Assembly: GCA_964016885.1 (NCBI GenBank)
Contig: OZ024740.1
Span: forward strand, 426,374,001-426,438,000
DNA length: 64,000 nt
Source of the DNA: Eledone cirrhosa
Taxonomy: Eukaryota
Direction of reading: 5' to 3'
In this document: piece after piece, positions 45,532-57,725 of the stretch
Numbering within the stretch: position 1 is the stretch's first letter
Layout: every line of letters begins with the position of its first letter
The notes under the pieces: generated by a model
Told to the model about the DNA's origin: nothing
The model's database searches: none
The model's input: only the letters and a program-made list of their open reading frames with translations
Program-made: the position numbers and the translations under genes

Positions 45532-45615
45532 GTGTGGTGTGTGGTATACCATCAGGAGCTGGGGTGTTGTGCGGTATACCATCAGGAGCTGGGGTGTTGT
45601 GTGGTATACCATCAC
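45532..45615. repeat. 30-bp tandem repeat, ~2.7 copies
   Basis: TGTGGTATACCATCAGGAGCTGGGGTGTTG repeated. Confidence 0.9.
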
Positions 45616-45775
45616 CTCTCTTTCCTTCTATTTTATATCCGCCACTTTTTGCACGTCGTAGTGTAAATTTAGAAACAAAGGCGGCAAACTTCTTTGAGGA
45701 AGGAATTATCTATTCTGTGATTAATCGTTTGTCTTACCAAATATCCAATATCTACATCGGAACCCTTCCTTAAAT

Positions 45776-45844
45776 TATCATCATCATCATCATCAAAATT
45801 ATCGACATCATCCTCGTTTTCTTCTTCTTCTTCTTCTTCTTCTT

Positions 45845-45931
<87 letters not shown>

Positions 45932-46015
45932 GTTATTATTATTTGCCGTCGTCGTCATCGTTTGTGAAATAATGGTCATAATCATGATCAGCAACTTTGT
46001 TATTACTTTTGGTTT

Positions 46016-46066
<51 letters not shown>

Positions 46067-46112
46067 CACCACCACCACCACCACCACCACCACCACCACC
46101 ACCACCACCACC

Positions 46113-46179
<67 letters not shown>

Positions 46180-46202
46180 ACATCACCACCATCATCATCA
46201 TT
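45776..46202. repeat. Compound trinucleotide microsatellites (CAT, TTC, TTA, CTA, CCA)
   Basis: Directly visible. Confidence 0.95.
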
Positions 46203-46329
46203 ACCTAATGTTAATAATAATAATTTCTTTATTTGCCTCGAAACACAATGATGATTAAAACTTGCCCAAGTAGGGTCTACCATACAACCGTTTCTGCCAT
46301 AGACAGACAGAAGAAATTATCTTCCCTAG

Positions 46330-47390
46330 AATTTCACTCCATAGTCGGATTCACCCCACATGCAACAATTATTCGACAAATTTGACAACTCAGCAATGCT
46401 CGGACATTAAACGAGTTCATGCAGCACAGTTTCATCTCTGTGTGTGCACATATAAGACGCGAATAACGACACACATGTACCAGTAGAGTTTGGCTCAAGT
46501 CGTCCTTGGTACCGGTCACTGTATGGTCGACTATTTCTGTAATGAATCTATGGTTCTGGGCCTGAAAGATCTCCGTAAAAGACCAGCTAGTTGATCTTCG
46601 TTCTCGGGAACTTCATTCATACTTTTTCTGTCAGTATTTCCCTATAAAATGGCAGCATGAGATTTCCATGCCCTTCTAGTGAGATGGTTGTAAGCGTGTG
46701 AAAACATTTTAGATGCCAGTCTCCTAGTTTTCCTCTTTGCTTGACTCATGACTACTTCTCCGCCAAATGATGAGCTGTAGAAATGTCTAACTGAGACCAG
46801 ACACACCCATTCGCCAGGAATCTCTTTAGAAACAATAGCCTCGATACATGTCCGCACATCAGTCAGTGCAAACTAAGTTTTCTACCCAAAAGACAGCAGG
46901 TGGAATTCTTGGCTATAGGAACGAGGGCCTTCTACAAAAAGAAAAAGTCGAGACGATTCAATCCAGTCACAAGGGAAAGGCGCCAAGTATAGATTGATGA
47001 ACCTATCGAAAGATTTCGATTTGATGAAATTGAACAGAGCACCAACGGAACCATGTTTATTATTTACATTCAAGGGCGGTGTATTGGCAGTATCGGTAGA
47101 GGTTCGGACACTATGCTTTGAAGCATAGAGTTACGTCCTTTTATGGTCTGAGTTCAAATCCCACCGAGGTTAGCTTTGCCTTTCATGCTTACGGGGTCAA
47201 TAAAATAAAGTACCAGTAATACATTGGGATATTTGCTAGCCTTGTGCCAAAAGTAGAAACAATTATTTACATTCTTTACAGTGTATTGCCTGAGGTGAAG
47301 GATCTCTTGGCTAGATGCATTTGGGGCTGCACAAACTGGCGATATTCTCACCAAATTATCGCAACACGTGACAAAACCTGAACCTTGTAT
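46330..47390 (-). pseudogene. Heavily decayed, internally deleted L1/Tx1-like LINE ORF2, interrupted by a SINE
   Basis: Removing the SINE joins ...VCAAPNASSQEILHLRQYTVKNVNN-KHGSVGALFNFIKSKSFDRF, which resembles the RT motif GALIxLDQxKAFDRV. Downstream DETVLHELV*CP resembles the CCHC knuckle. Confidence 0.6.
47074..47268 (+). mobile_element. Full-length SINE (29378 family)
   Basis: A and B boxes plus core; perfect 13-bp TSD ATTATTTACATTC (47059-47071 / 47262-47274). Confidence 0.92.
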
Positions 47391-47545
47391 TTAGCTGAGA
47401 TATGAACGGCAAATTAATGATTGTATCTCCCGTGTTTGTTACTTTTCTCAGCATTACTAGTCCCACTCCGGCCCACACCTTGCTAACACATATATATATA
47501 TATATTAATATATATAATTAATTACAACAGTGACATAAACAAGTA

Positions 47546-47619
<74 letters not shown>

Positions 47620-47620
<1 letters not shown>

Positions 47621-48477
47621 TTAGGTTAGTAGGAGTTAGGTATTATATACCCGTGTCCCGTTAAGGTATTGGCAGCATAATAATTAGCTCTATGCTTTGG
47701 AGCAGAGCCGTATATATGAAAAAGAACACAAGAGCGTCTACAACATCAAAAGATTTTTATTGGCTAACAATGTTTCTTCCTTACGTTTCTTCACACTTGA
47801 TCATATTTCTCTGTCCTGTTTTCTCCCCCCATAATTATTATATTTTTATTATTTTTTATTATTGTTTGAAAAAAATCGGTGTTTTTACATTGTTTTCCCC
47901 TCCAAATATTCGCTTATATTTCCTTATATATTCTCTATATATTTTTTATCTTTATTATTATTTCCACTTTTATCCTCCTTTATATTTTACTTTATTCTTA
48001 CCTTTATACCTTATTATAGTGTAATCTTCCCCATGCCTTATTATACACTATTAATTACAGATTATTATTATTACTCCTTTTCCATTTCTAATTAACTCAT
48101 GTACCTTCTCCTCCGCTATATGTATATATGTATTCTACGCCCTTTGTGTTTGTGTAGCCTCTGCGCACCCTCTGCACCATACTATCCACGCCACCCCATC
48201 TATGGTTCAGCTAACCACCCGACCCCCGGGAATGAATATGACCGCAGCTAGTAAACAAGGACCAACACCACACCCTCCCGCACCAAAATTAGACTTATCG
48301 TCCCCTACTTTTGCTCTTTACTCTCTTTACTCTTTGTTCTTGGGTGTTTGGTTGGTAGAGTCCATAACACCAATCAAACCCCTTTTATAGCTCTGATGAA
48401 TCCTACGGTTACACGTAAGGAAGAAACATTGTTAGCCAATAAAAATCTTTTGATGTTGTAGACGCTCTTGTGTTCTT

Positions 48478-48487
<10 letters not shown>
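47620..48487 (+). mobile_element. TA-embedded element with a 5' inverted arm and an HHR at 48390-48436
   Basis: Arms ~47712-47786 and ~48413-48487; HHR GCT-CTGATGA-ATCCTACG-GTTACA-CGTAAGGAA-GAAAC-ATT-GTT-AGC; downstream sequence is related to the 43232 family. Confidence 0.78.
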
Positions 48488-48519
<32 letters not shown>

Positions 48520-48523
<4 letters not shown>

Positions 48524-49867
48524 TATGAAGAGAGAAGGAACATTTAGATATAATTAGTAATAAAATGTATCATACCTAAACTGCTCCTAGATTCCTCGAC
48601 TACGTAGTTTCGTGGCATAAACAAAAAAACAGTACATCATAAAGATATAGAGCCCTTGCGAGGTCTGCCGACTTATCAAGAGGATACCTCATTTTACTAG
48701 CTTCAAGAACGCGTCCACACGACGTGAGAAAGAATCCCAAAAGGCGGAGGGGGAGATAGTCACGCGATATAACGGTCGAGAAACAGAGCTAAGCCTCTTA
48801 TACCCCCTCCGCCTCCGTGGTATTTTCTTCGGGGTTATAAGAGGCTTAGCTCTGTTTCTCGACCGTTATATCGCGTGACTATCTCCCCCTCCGGCTTTTG
48901 GGATTCTTTCTCACGTCGTGTGGACGCGTTCTTGAAGCTAGTAAAATGAGGTATCCTCTTGATAAGTCGGCAGACCTCGCAAGGGCTCTATATCTTTATG
49001 ATGTACTGTTTTTGTTTATGCCACGAAACTACGTAGTCGAGGAATCTAGGAGCAGTTTAGGTATGATACATTTTATTACTAATTATATCTAAATGTTCCT
49101 TCTCTCTTCATAATGTATTTTTAACTCTGATACTGGTTCAGTCTAGTTCAACCGGATTGGTCTGTCCCAGTTATTCATTGAGGAACATCGATAAGGTTGG
49201 CACCATTAACTCACGGTTGGATGTGGATGCATTCATGTATATGTGTGTGTCCGCATGTATCTGTGTGTTTCTAAATATATTGTTCATAACTCCCTCTGGT
49301 CGAGTAATCTTTGAAGTGTGGTGACTGCTGGAAAGCTGCCATTACTCATACTTCTCGCCTCCTTTACCACCTCTTCTACGGCTTCGATATAAGTACCTCC
49401 TCCGCCTCCGTGGTATTTTCTTCGGGGTTATAAGAGGCTTAGCTCTGTTTCTCGACCGTTATATCGCGTGACTATCTCCCCCTCCGCCTTTTGGGATTCT
49501 ATCTCACGTCGTGTGGACGCGTTCTTGAAGCTAGTAAAATGAGGTATCCTCTTGATAAGTCAGCAGACCTCGCAAGGGCTCTATATCTTTATGATGTACT
49601 GTTTTTGTTTATGCCACGAAACTACGTAGTCGAGGAATCTAGGAGCAGTTTAGGTATGATACATTTTATTACTAATTATATCTAAATGTTCCTTCTCTCT
49701 TCATAATGTATTTTTAACTCTGATACTGGTTCAGTCTAGTTCAACCGGATTGGTCTGTCCCAGTTATTCATTGAGCAACATCGGTAAGGTTGGCACCATT
49801 AACTCACGGTTGGATGTGGATGCATTCATGTATATGTGTGTGTCCGCATGTATCTGTGTGTTTCTAA

Positions 49868-49875
<8 letters not shown>
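48520..49875 (+). mobile_element. Retrozyme-like array: inverted partial copy plus ~1.8 tandem 593-bp units inside (TA)n
   Basis: 48520-48807 is inverted relative to 48831-49116; 48806-49282 is repeated at 49399-49875. Confidence 0.85.
48954..49043 (+). ncRNA. Hammerhead ribozyme, U3-A8 core with a ~59-nt stem II region (other copies 49547-49636 plus, 48593-48684 minus)
   Basis: TCCTC-TTGATAA-GT(C)GGCA...TGCCAC-GAAAC-TACGTA-GTC-GAGGA. Confidence 0.78.
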
Positions 49876-49930
<55 letters not shown>

Positions 49931-49931
<1 letters not shown>

Positions 49932-50560
49932 AATCAGGAAAGAAGGTTGACATGGTTTGCTATACAAAAAAGGTTTTTAATCTCATAGCTGACAATTGTT
50001 TCTCTGAACTGGTAGGTCTAGAGATCGCTATTCGCTTATTTTCGCGTTACTCGATCGCCAATACAAAATTATAACCAGTCAGATCTTCGGAGCATGCGAG
50101 AATGAAGAGAATACACAGGCAAGAAAAGAATATACAGGCTACTATATGAAGTACTAATGGCATTACTACTTCATATAGTAGCCTGTATATTCTTTTCTTG
50201 CCTGTGTATTCTCTTCATTCTCGCATGCTCCGAAGATCTGACTGGTTATAATTTTGTATTGGCGATCGAGTAACGTGAAAATAAGCGAATAGCGATCTCT
50301 AGACCTACCAGTTCAGAGAAACAATTGTCAGCTATGAGATTAATAACCTTTTTTGTATAGCAAACCATGTCAACCTTCTTTCCTCATTTATTATTACTCG
50401 AAGTGTTTACAACATAGGAATTACAGCATACCCGCAGCATCACTATGAATACGCCTTGTTGAGTCAAACCAAGCCAAGCGTTAATATCATCCCCTACCTG
50501 GAATACCATAACTGGACAATACCTAAGTGGACTGCATTTAACTATTATTTGTTACCCCGT
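49931..50560 (+). mobile_element. Near-perfect fold-back element (~220-bp arms) with a 3' extension, inside (TA)n
   Basis: Arms 49931-50153 and 50168-50389. Confidence 0.88.
50224..50336 (+). ncRNA. HHR-like motif, CCGAAGA core, ~80-nt stem II region (mirror copy 49984-50096 minus)
   Basis: GCT-CCGAAGA-TCTGACTGGT...ACCAG(T)TCAGA-GAAAC-AATT-GTC-AGC. Confidence 0.7.
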
Positions 50561-50607
50561 ATATATATATATATTAATATATATAATTAATTACAACAGT
50601 GACATAT

Positions 50608-50657
50608 ACAAGTACTTAAGTTTCGTTGGGTTACGCATGCCAACTCATTCAGCCTGT
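50608..50657 (-). ncRNA. HHR-like motif with one extra core nucleotide
   Basis: ACAGG-CTGAATGA-GTTGG-CATGCGTAAC-CCAAC-GAAAC-TTAA-GTA-CTTGT. Confidence 0.7.
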
Positions 50658-50799
50658 TGTATAAAAAAGGCCTTACATGCACCTATTGAGTTTCACTTCA
50701 ATTTATTGAATAAATTGAAGTGAAACTCAACAGATCGATTCCACCCTCTCTGAAAATACAGAAGAAGAATTATGCTATTGCTGGATATATATATATATA

Positions 50800-50989
50800 G
50801 GAACGAGTAGGACCCCGACGGCTGAGCTCAAGCCGTTTCGACGGGTAACTCTAGTCCAGAATTAGCCGTCGAAACGGCTTGAGCTCAGCCGTCGGAGTCC
50901 TACTCGTTGCTATTACCCACTCTACTACCCTAAGTATTGAGTACTTTGGTGCGTTATGGTCCCCCTGGTTCCTTACCACATTTCCTTCG

Positions 50990-50992
<3 letters not shown>
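50800..50992 (+). mobile_element. Fold-back fragment with the 3' half of an HHR
   Basis: Palindrome 50802-50908 containing GAAAC-GGCTTGAGCTCAGCC-GTC; same family as 52958-53152. Confidence 0.7.
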
Positions 50993-51035
<43 letters not shown>

Positions 51036-51072
51036 AGGGGGTGTAACTATATATATATATATATATATATAT

Positions 51073-51290
51073 ACAATATATTAATAAATGGAAACTATAT
51101 TTATAAAACCATATTTATTTCATTACACATATTTCAAGGGCCACCAAGGCAAACTATGGTGCGCTTTCATCAAATAAAATATAATATACGTTAGTTTTAT
51201 AAATAATTATTGACATACCCTGAAAAAATGCAACCATTCTGGTTTGAATGTCCTGGATATTTTTCTTGTTGTATCCCAACAAATTAAATA
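51073..51290 (-). mobile_element. Copy of the 25838 family with a mutated HHR
   Basis: Collinear similarity with 25838-25915 and with the reverse complement of 25935-26030. Confidence 0.75.
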
Positions 51291-51315
51291 TTATATATAT
51301 ATATATCCAGAATCT

Positions 51316-51505
51316 CGAGATGCGAGAAAAACCACAATCCCTCCGTCTCATTTCTACTTTTGAAAAGCATAAGAACTGTGAAACCGGTAAAGGAAACAAA
51401 TAAATATTCTAAGACTCCAGTTGCATTTTCGATTTCATCTTTTTTCCTTATACTTTCACTCGTGTATGACATCTCGTTTTTTTTCATTTAAAAAAAACCT
51501 TCATT

Positions 51506-51510
<5 letters not shown>
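51316..51510 (+). mobile_element. Copy of the Penelope-like terminus (27435-27650)
   Basis: Shared GAGAAAAACCACA...GAAACCGGTAAAGGAA...TAAGACTCCAGTTGCATTTTCGATTTCATC. Confidence 0.8.
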
Positions 51511-51585
<75 letters not shown>

Positions 51586-51648
51586 GTAAACACACATATA
51601 AGTCAAATATGTAAAATTTGGCTTCGTTTATTATAAATTATAAATGTA

Positions 51649-51700
51649 CTGCTATATATATTTCGGTGACAGCATCATTGGCTGTGACCTCTTCAGGCAG
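51649..51700 (-). ncRNA. Hammerhead ribozyme in a TA-embedded fragment (~51590-51817)
   Basis: CTGC-CTGAAGA-GGTCACAGC-CAATGAT-GCTGTCACC-GAAA-TATATA-TA-GCAG. Confidence 0.85.
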
Positions 51701-51813
51701 AGCGAATTGGTGTGGAAACGACAGGTACACATGTTGTTGAGGTGTGTTTCACTCCGTCAATACATCGATATGTCCAGCTCCTGGGTGTGTTGTTATTCCA
51801 CCGAGGAACTGGT

Positions 51814-51889
<76 letters not shown>

Positions 51890-51899
51890 TGTATAATAA

Positions 51900-52940
51900 T
51901 GAAATGACAGGAGGCTGGATTTGTGTAAATCCTTGAAAGGTTTATTATACTATGATCATTTCAATGAGCGGGTTCCGTATGAATCCGGTGATATCATCAG
52001 GTATTCGAAATATAATACGTGAATGTAATAGGTAAAATCCATGGGGCTGAAAATCGAGACCCGAGGGCAACCGCTATTCTGTTCCTTCAACCTCAGCCGG
52101 TCGCCCTGGAGTGACGTGGCTAAATTTTATAGTATGCTACTACCGGTCAGATGAACGAAAACAGAAAGAGATGGGAGCATAGGTTAACGTCGATCCCATG
52201 ACACAAGGTAAAAGAAAGAAAGGAAGGAGAAGAAGGGGGAAGAAAGAAGAAGAGAAGTCAGGGTTAATGTCAGCTAAAAGAGGAAGGTAACTACTACTGG
52301 TCAGATATAGGCAAGCAAGAGGGGGAAGGAAGATAAGTCTGCGGGAGGAGGAGAGGAGAGAAGGAAGGGAAGAGAGAAGTAGAAAAGTAAGGGTTGATGG
52401 CTACAAGAAGGAAGATAGAAAGGAAGAGGAAGAAAGGTCGATATTAATGTCAGACCACAGTCAAGCCAGGAGTGGCGCGAGAAAATTTTCACAGGGACCC
52501 GCATCTTAGCGGAGATGAATATATTGGGAGTCAGTGTTTTACAGTGTTTAGACTTCTAGGATGAAGTTAAAACAATTTAATAATCAATATTCAATATTAA
52601 AGAGGTTAGAAAATTTAAAGTTCAACAGTTTAACAATTAATTATATAATAGTTCCGATTTGTTCTGTAATTTAAAGGTACTATTTTGCGGTTAAAACAAC
52701 GGCGGCGCCCCGGGCCCCATGGCGAACTAAGCCGCGCCGAGTATTTTCATTTACTGAAAGAAGGGGAAATTTATTTTTCCAAGCACTCCAGGTGAGCTCG
52801 TTCGCCAGGGAGCCGGTCGCGCCGCCATTAAAACCCACCCAACAGTCCGACAGAAAGTTGGAACTTTAAAATTTAGCTTAGAGAAGTAAAAGAGTAATGG
52901 TTGATAGCTACAAGAAGGAAGATAGAAAGAGAGAGGAAGG
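51900..52940 (-). mobile_element. Longer TA-flanked element; left part homologous to 60135-60425
   Basis: 51900-52055 matches the 60.2-kb fold-back family; internal direct repeat ~52372-52431 / ~52879-52940. Confidence 0.55.
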
Positions 52941-52957
52941 TATATGTATATATATAT

Positions 52958-53152
52958 AGGAACAATTATTACCCCGACGGCAGAGCTCAAGCCGTTTCGA
53001 GGGCTATTTTTGAGTCTAGAAATAGCCGTCGAAACGGCTTGAGCTCTGCCGCCGGGGTCATACTTTTACCTATTTCCCACTCTACTACCCTAAGTATTGA
53101 GTACTCTGGTGCGTTATGGTCCATCTGGTTCCTTACCACAATTCCTTTGTTA
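52958..53152 (+). mobile_element. Fold-back fragment (50800 family)
   Basis: Palindrome 52971-53058 plus the shared tail CCCACTCTACTACCCTAAGTATTGAGTACT. Confidence 0.75.
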
Positions 53153-54439
53153 TATATATATATATAGGCTGTCCATTTGAATATAAATCTTTTGTCAGGC
53201 CATATACAAGATTTTTTTTTTTTTTACCTATTGTTTAATCATTCATTTCACAATAAAATCGTGCTGGATCACTTTGCCTTATTTCCTACAGCATGAGCCT
53301 TAGACAAGATGCTTAACTCTACTTTATGCATCTGATTGAAATAACTGGCTGGAGCATAGCATCAGAAGTGCTTCTATTCACTTAGAATTGCTTGAAGTTC
53401 GATTAATCCAGGATGTCTAATAATAATAAAATTAATATGCATTTGCAGATATATAGAGAGCAAACATTTGAAATGTAGGTGGATGTTATAAGATACATAC
53501 TAGAATATTTGAATGATGTCTTCATATTCTTTTGACTAATAAAACGGTGTGAATATTTCACTGAACTGAACATCCTTCAACCTAGATGAGGATTCTGTTC
53601 GTCACTCAGCGTTGCCATAGAAAAATAAAAGGATCAGAAAGTATTCCCATAAATTTCCCAGAGATCACGTACTGGGTGAGTGGGTTTTCAACAGGGTTAT
53701 TCTTTGATAGATTTTTCCATTGATGACTGTCTTTTTCAGTCAATGACACAAATATCATGAAAGGTTACATCAAGATGACCCCTCTTCTTGATTTTGCTCT
53801 TTTGAAGTTATTCAGTTGAAAAGAAAATAGAAGAAGCGAAAGGAAGATATTCATTTGGTATTATCGTTTGTCCGGAAGAAACATGGTGAATGGAATTCTT
53901 TTGTAAATAGCTATCGAATCTTTACGTGGGGCTTTTTCACAAGAAATGAAATATTATTACAGACGATGGTTTACGTTGCTTTGCAGAATAACTTTAAAAT
54001 AATCTGCAATGTTCATCTTCATTCTTGTGAAAAATGAAAATGAAAATAAAACCTCCTTTGTGTTAGATACCAAAGAATAAATCATAAATGTATCTTTGCA
54101 CAATTTGTTACAACAAATCTTATTTAATCTTAGTAGTTCGTTTGTGAACTAGAAATGGATGAATACCAAAGCACCAACTTAAAGAGTCTTCTGGGTATAT
54201 ATGGCCTCTTAGATTATTGCCTTTTACATATTTCAGAAGAGAACATTGACTGGGGGTGTTTCGATATCTGATTAGAAAAGAACACTAATTCTATAAGCTT
54301 TGCTTTATATAATTGTAGAGAAATATTAACTACGCTACACTGGCGTACAGCTGAAATTTCATGAGTACTGAATTAATACTATTAAATAACACACACACAA
54401 GTCAAACTAAAATTCAATAGAAAGGAATATTATAATTAT

Positions 54440-54835
54440 GGTGAATTGGTAGTATCGGTATAGGGTTGGACGCCATGCTTTCTAGCAAAGAGTTACGTCC
54501 ATTTACGGTCTGAGTTCAAATCCCGCCGAGGTTAACTTTGCCTTTCATCCTTACGGGGTCGATAAAATAAAGTACCAGTAATGCACTGGTATATTTACTG
54601 GCCTTGTGCCAAAAGTAGAAAATTATTATTATTACTAAGGCGGTGGATTGACAGTATCGGTAGAGACGGACACCATGCTTTGCAGCATAGAGTTACGGTC
54701 CTTTACGGTCTGAGTTCAAATCCCGCCGAGGTTCAAATCTGCTTTTCATCCTTACGGTGTCGATAAAATAAAGTACCAGTAATACACTGGATAATTGCTG
54801 GCCTTATGCCAAAAGTAGAAACAATTATTATTATT
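54440..54835 (+). mobile_element. Two head-to-tail SINEs (54440-54633 and 54639-54835)
   Basis: Each has A/B boxes, the family core and an AAAGTAGAAA-(ATT)n tail. Confidence 0.92.
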
Positions 54836-54849
54836 GTTATAATTAATAC

Positions 54850-55930
54850 TACTTAGTCGTGCAATATAGACAGGAAATGTACTGGACTATTTAGTCATGT
54901 GTCAAGTCACAACAAGGACCTCAGACAGATAATACATTCCTAAAAATGTGTGCAGTACCTACCGTTTTAAGAAGACTTGAAGTTTCAATGAGATTGAACC
55001 TAATACCCCGATCACAACTGGTATCAGATTCACATTACCCATTCACATTCCAAACAGTCTAAGCCTCTCCACTTTCAATTCGAAGTACTCGTGATTTCTT
55101 TCAACCTCTTCACAATATTCATGTCATTAGGTGTAGCTACATCAATGAAATCAGAGATTGTATTTCTAGTTCAACACGACAAAGTCTGGTCGGCGATGTT
55201 CAATTACTTTATCAGTCCGAAAACATAAATCCCAGAAACTCATTGGTTTCACATCCTCCTGCATTACGTTATTTGTACATACTCATACCAATTCTCTATG
55301 ACTTCATATTAGAATTTTCGACATCAAAGTCAATGAAGGTACAAACAGACTTTATCTTGGTGGTACTTGCATTCTTATTGCGCAAGGCTCTCACATGTAC
55401 TTACCAACTGGGTTACGTTTTACATATTCTTTCCACAATGTCTGCATTTCTGGGTCTCAGAATTTTTTTAGATGATATAATTCTCCGAATTGGTAGCAAA
55501 AGCTTGGTCTTGTGCTGCAAATATAAGCCATTCAGTCGTATTCTTCAAATTGCATTGCCTAAGCCATATCTTGGTACCCTCTGTATTTCTCTCAAACTGA
55601 CCGGTAATCAATCTACGAAAGGTTCAAGCTGGTCTTCCTACTCTTGCTATCCCTAAGTATTGTTTTGTCTATCAAGAGCTGGTCCTTATTACATCTACTC
55701 TTACGGTTGCACACATTTAAGTCTACAGCATTCTGTTCCCTCACAAATTTCCTTATACTCATGGATTAGTGTATGTTTTCCCTTTACCAAATATAGTGTG
55801 GTTTGTCCTAGTCAGAAAACATTTTTACATGCTTTCCGTATATTCTGTCCTATTTTTGTTTCTTTGTGTTCTTTGCTCCAACCGAAAGCATTTGTCTCTG
55901 TGTTTTACTGTTCATATTTTCTGTCGTAAT
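54850..55930 (-). pseudogene. Decayed 3' part of an R4/Dong-like non-LTR retrotransposon (CCHC knuckle plus restriction-like endonuclease)
   Basis: Minus-strand pieces separated by stops and frameshifts: TEWLIFAAQDQAFATN; KCRHCG...STCESLAQ; FWDLCFRTDKVIEHRRPDFVV; FIDVATPNDMNI; VNLIPVVIGVLG. Confidence 0.8.
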
Positions 55931-56400
55931 TCCCGTTGACAGTGATCACTCGAATGGCAGACAAACATCCCTGTTCACTGCTATCAGTGCCGAGTTTGCT
56001 GCTCTACAGGGTTGAGTATGACAAGATGAAGTGGCTGTTTCAGCATGTCACACACGCTGTTCCTCGGAGAAATGTCTTCTCCAACCGGGACCACGAGGTG
56101 GACTGACCCTTAAGATTCGTTCAAGTTGCTAGAGTGTTGATTTGATTTAGTTCATACAAACCTACATACATGAATAAATATATATATATAATGATAAAAA
56201 GGTTCTAATACACTGGAACACGTTATAGTACCGCCCTTCAGTCTAAAATTGTAGTAATATATTTATGTGCAGCTGATGAGTGACAAACGACGTTATATAC
56301 ACACACACATACATGCACACACATGCACACACACACATGCACACACACACGCACACACACACACACACAAACACACATACACACAAACATGCACACACAC

Positions 56401-56455
<55 letters not shown>

Positions 56456-56772
56456 AACACAAACACAAACACACACACACACATATATATAAAATATTTT
56501 GCTGGTGCTTTTTACTTATACCTATTACACTTCCAGCCAGTGCTGCCTGTAATTGTGTTCTTTCAAGCAGAACATATTTTTAACTTCTGACTCTCCACAT
56601 GATGCTTTTGACACTAATAACAATTATGTACCCTAAATGTTCTAAATGACTAGAATTTTAGTAACATGTTTCGACATTCCTTATGCGCCGATGATTCCAG
56701 ACTTCCCTCTGGAAGAAACTATTGTCAGCGAATAAATGTTCTAAACAAAATTTTGATCGTTTTAACACTTTG

Positions 56773-56798
<26 letters not shown>

Positions 56799-56803
<5 letters not shown>

Positions 56804-56969
56804 ATGAACATGCGAAGTTGAAGGTGTTAGACTCCTTTATTATTTGATAATAAAGGACACTAACATCTTCAACTTCGCACTTTCATCTTTATTAATATAC
56901 TCCGTCACCCCTGTCATTGGGAATATGGCGTTGAGTGCTAGAATTGAATTGCATACATATTTACCGTAA

Positions 56970-56970
<1 letters not shown>
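56799..56970 (+). mobile_element. Small fold-back fragment inside (TA)n
   Basis: Imperfect palindrome 56799-56892 plus a tail containing TTGAGTGCT. Confidence 0.65.
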
Positions 56971-57011
<41 letters not shown>

Positions 57012-57017
<6 letters not shown>

Positions 57018-57640
57018 TAATAAAACAATGAATAAACAAAGAAACAGTTCCTTATATTAAAAACAAATCATCATTTTACGATCGTTTCTAGGATATATAT
57101 GTGTTAGAGTTGGTATGCATATTCTATAGATCTATGTACAATATTTATACAAACTATTAGAGGGAATATACATACCTACACATATATATGCTGTCTTCAG
57201 AAATAATGATATTTGTTTATTGAAAAAAACAAAGATTCAATACAATAGGTCTGTTTGGGAACAGGTTTTGAATTGACCAATAGAGAGATAGTAAGGGTCA
57301 AGATAAACAAATATCATTATTTCTGAAGACAGCATATATATGTGTAGGTATGTATATTCCCTCTGATAGTTTGTATAAATATTGTACATAGATCTATAGA
57401 ATATGCATACCAACTCTAACACATATATATCCTAGAAACGATCGTAAAATGATGCATTTTTTAATATAAGGAACTGTTTCTTTGTTTATTCATTGTTTTA
57501 TTAATTTATCATGACTCTGTTTTCCGTTTATTTTTCACCGAAAATAGTTTTTGAATGCATCTTCTCTTTTCATGATATCCGGATTACATTGAGTTCTTCA
57601 TACGGATTGGACACTACCGTAAACTTTTGGTAGATTTATA
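57012..57640 (+). mobile_element. Fold-back element (~205-bp arms) inside (TA)n
   Basis: Arms ~57012-57220 and ~57303-57509, followed by a 3' extension. Confidence 0.88.
57315..57454 (+). ncRNA. Hammerhead ribozyme with a 105-nt stem II (mirror copy 57069-57208 minus)
   Basis: CATTATTT-CTGAAGA-[57330-57434 long hairpin]-GAAAC-GATC-GTA-AAATGATG. Confidence 0.8.

Positions 57641-57721
<81 letters not shown>

Positions 57722-57725
<4 letters not shown>

Noticed and set aside
53480-54060. Possible exon or transposase remnant
   Set aside because: The frames I examined contain stops and no motif I could recognise.
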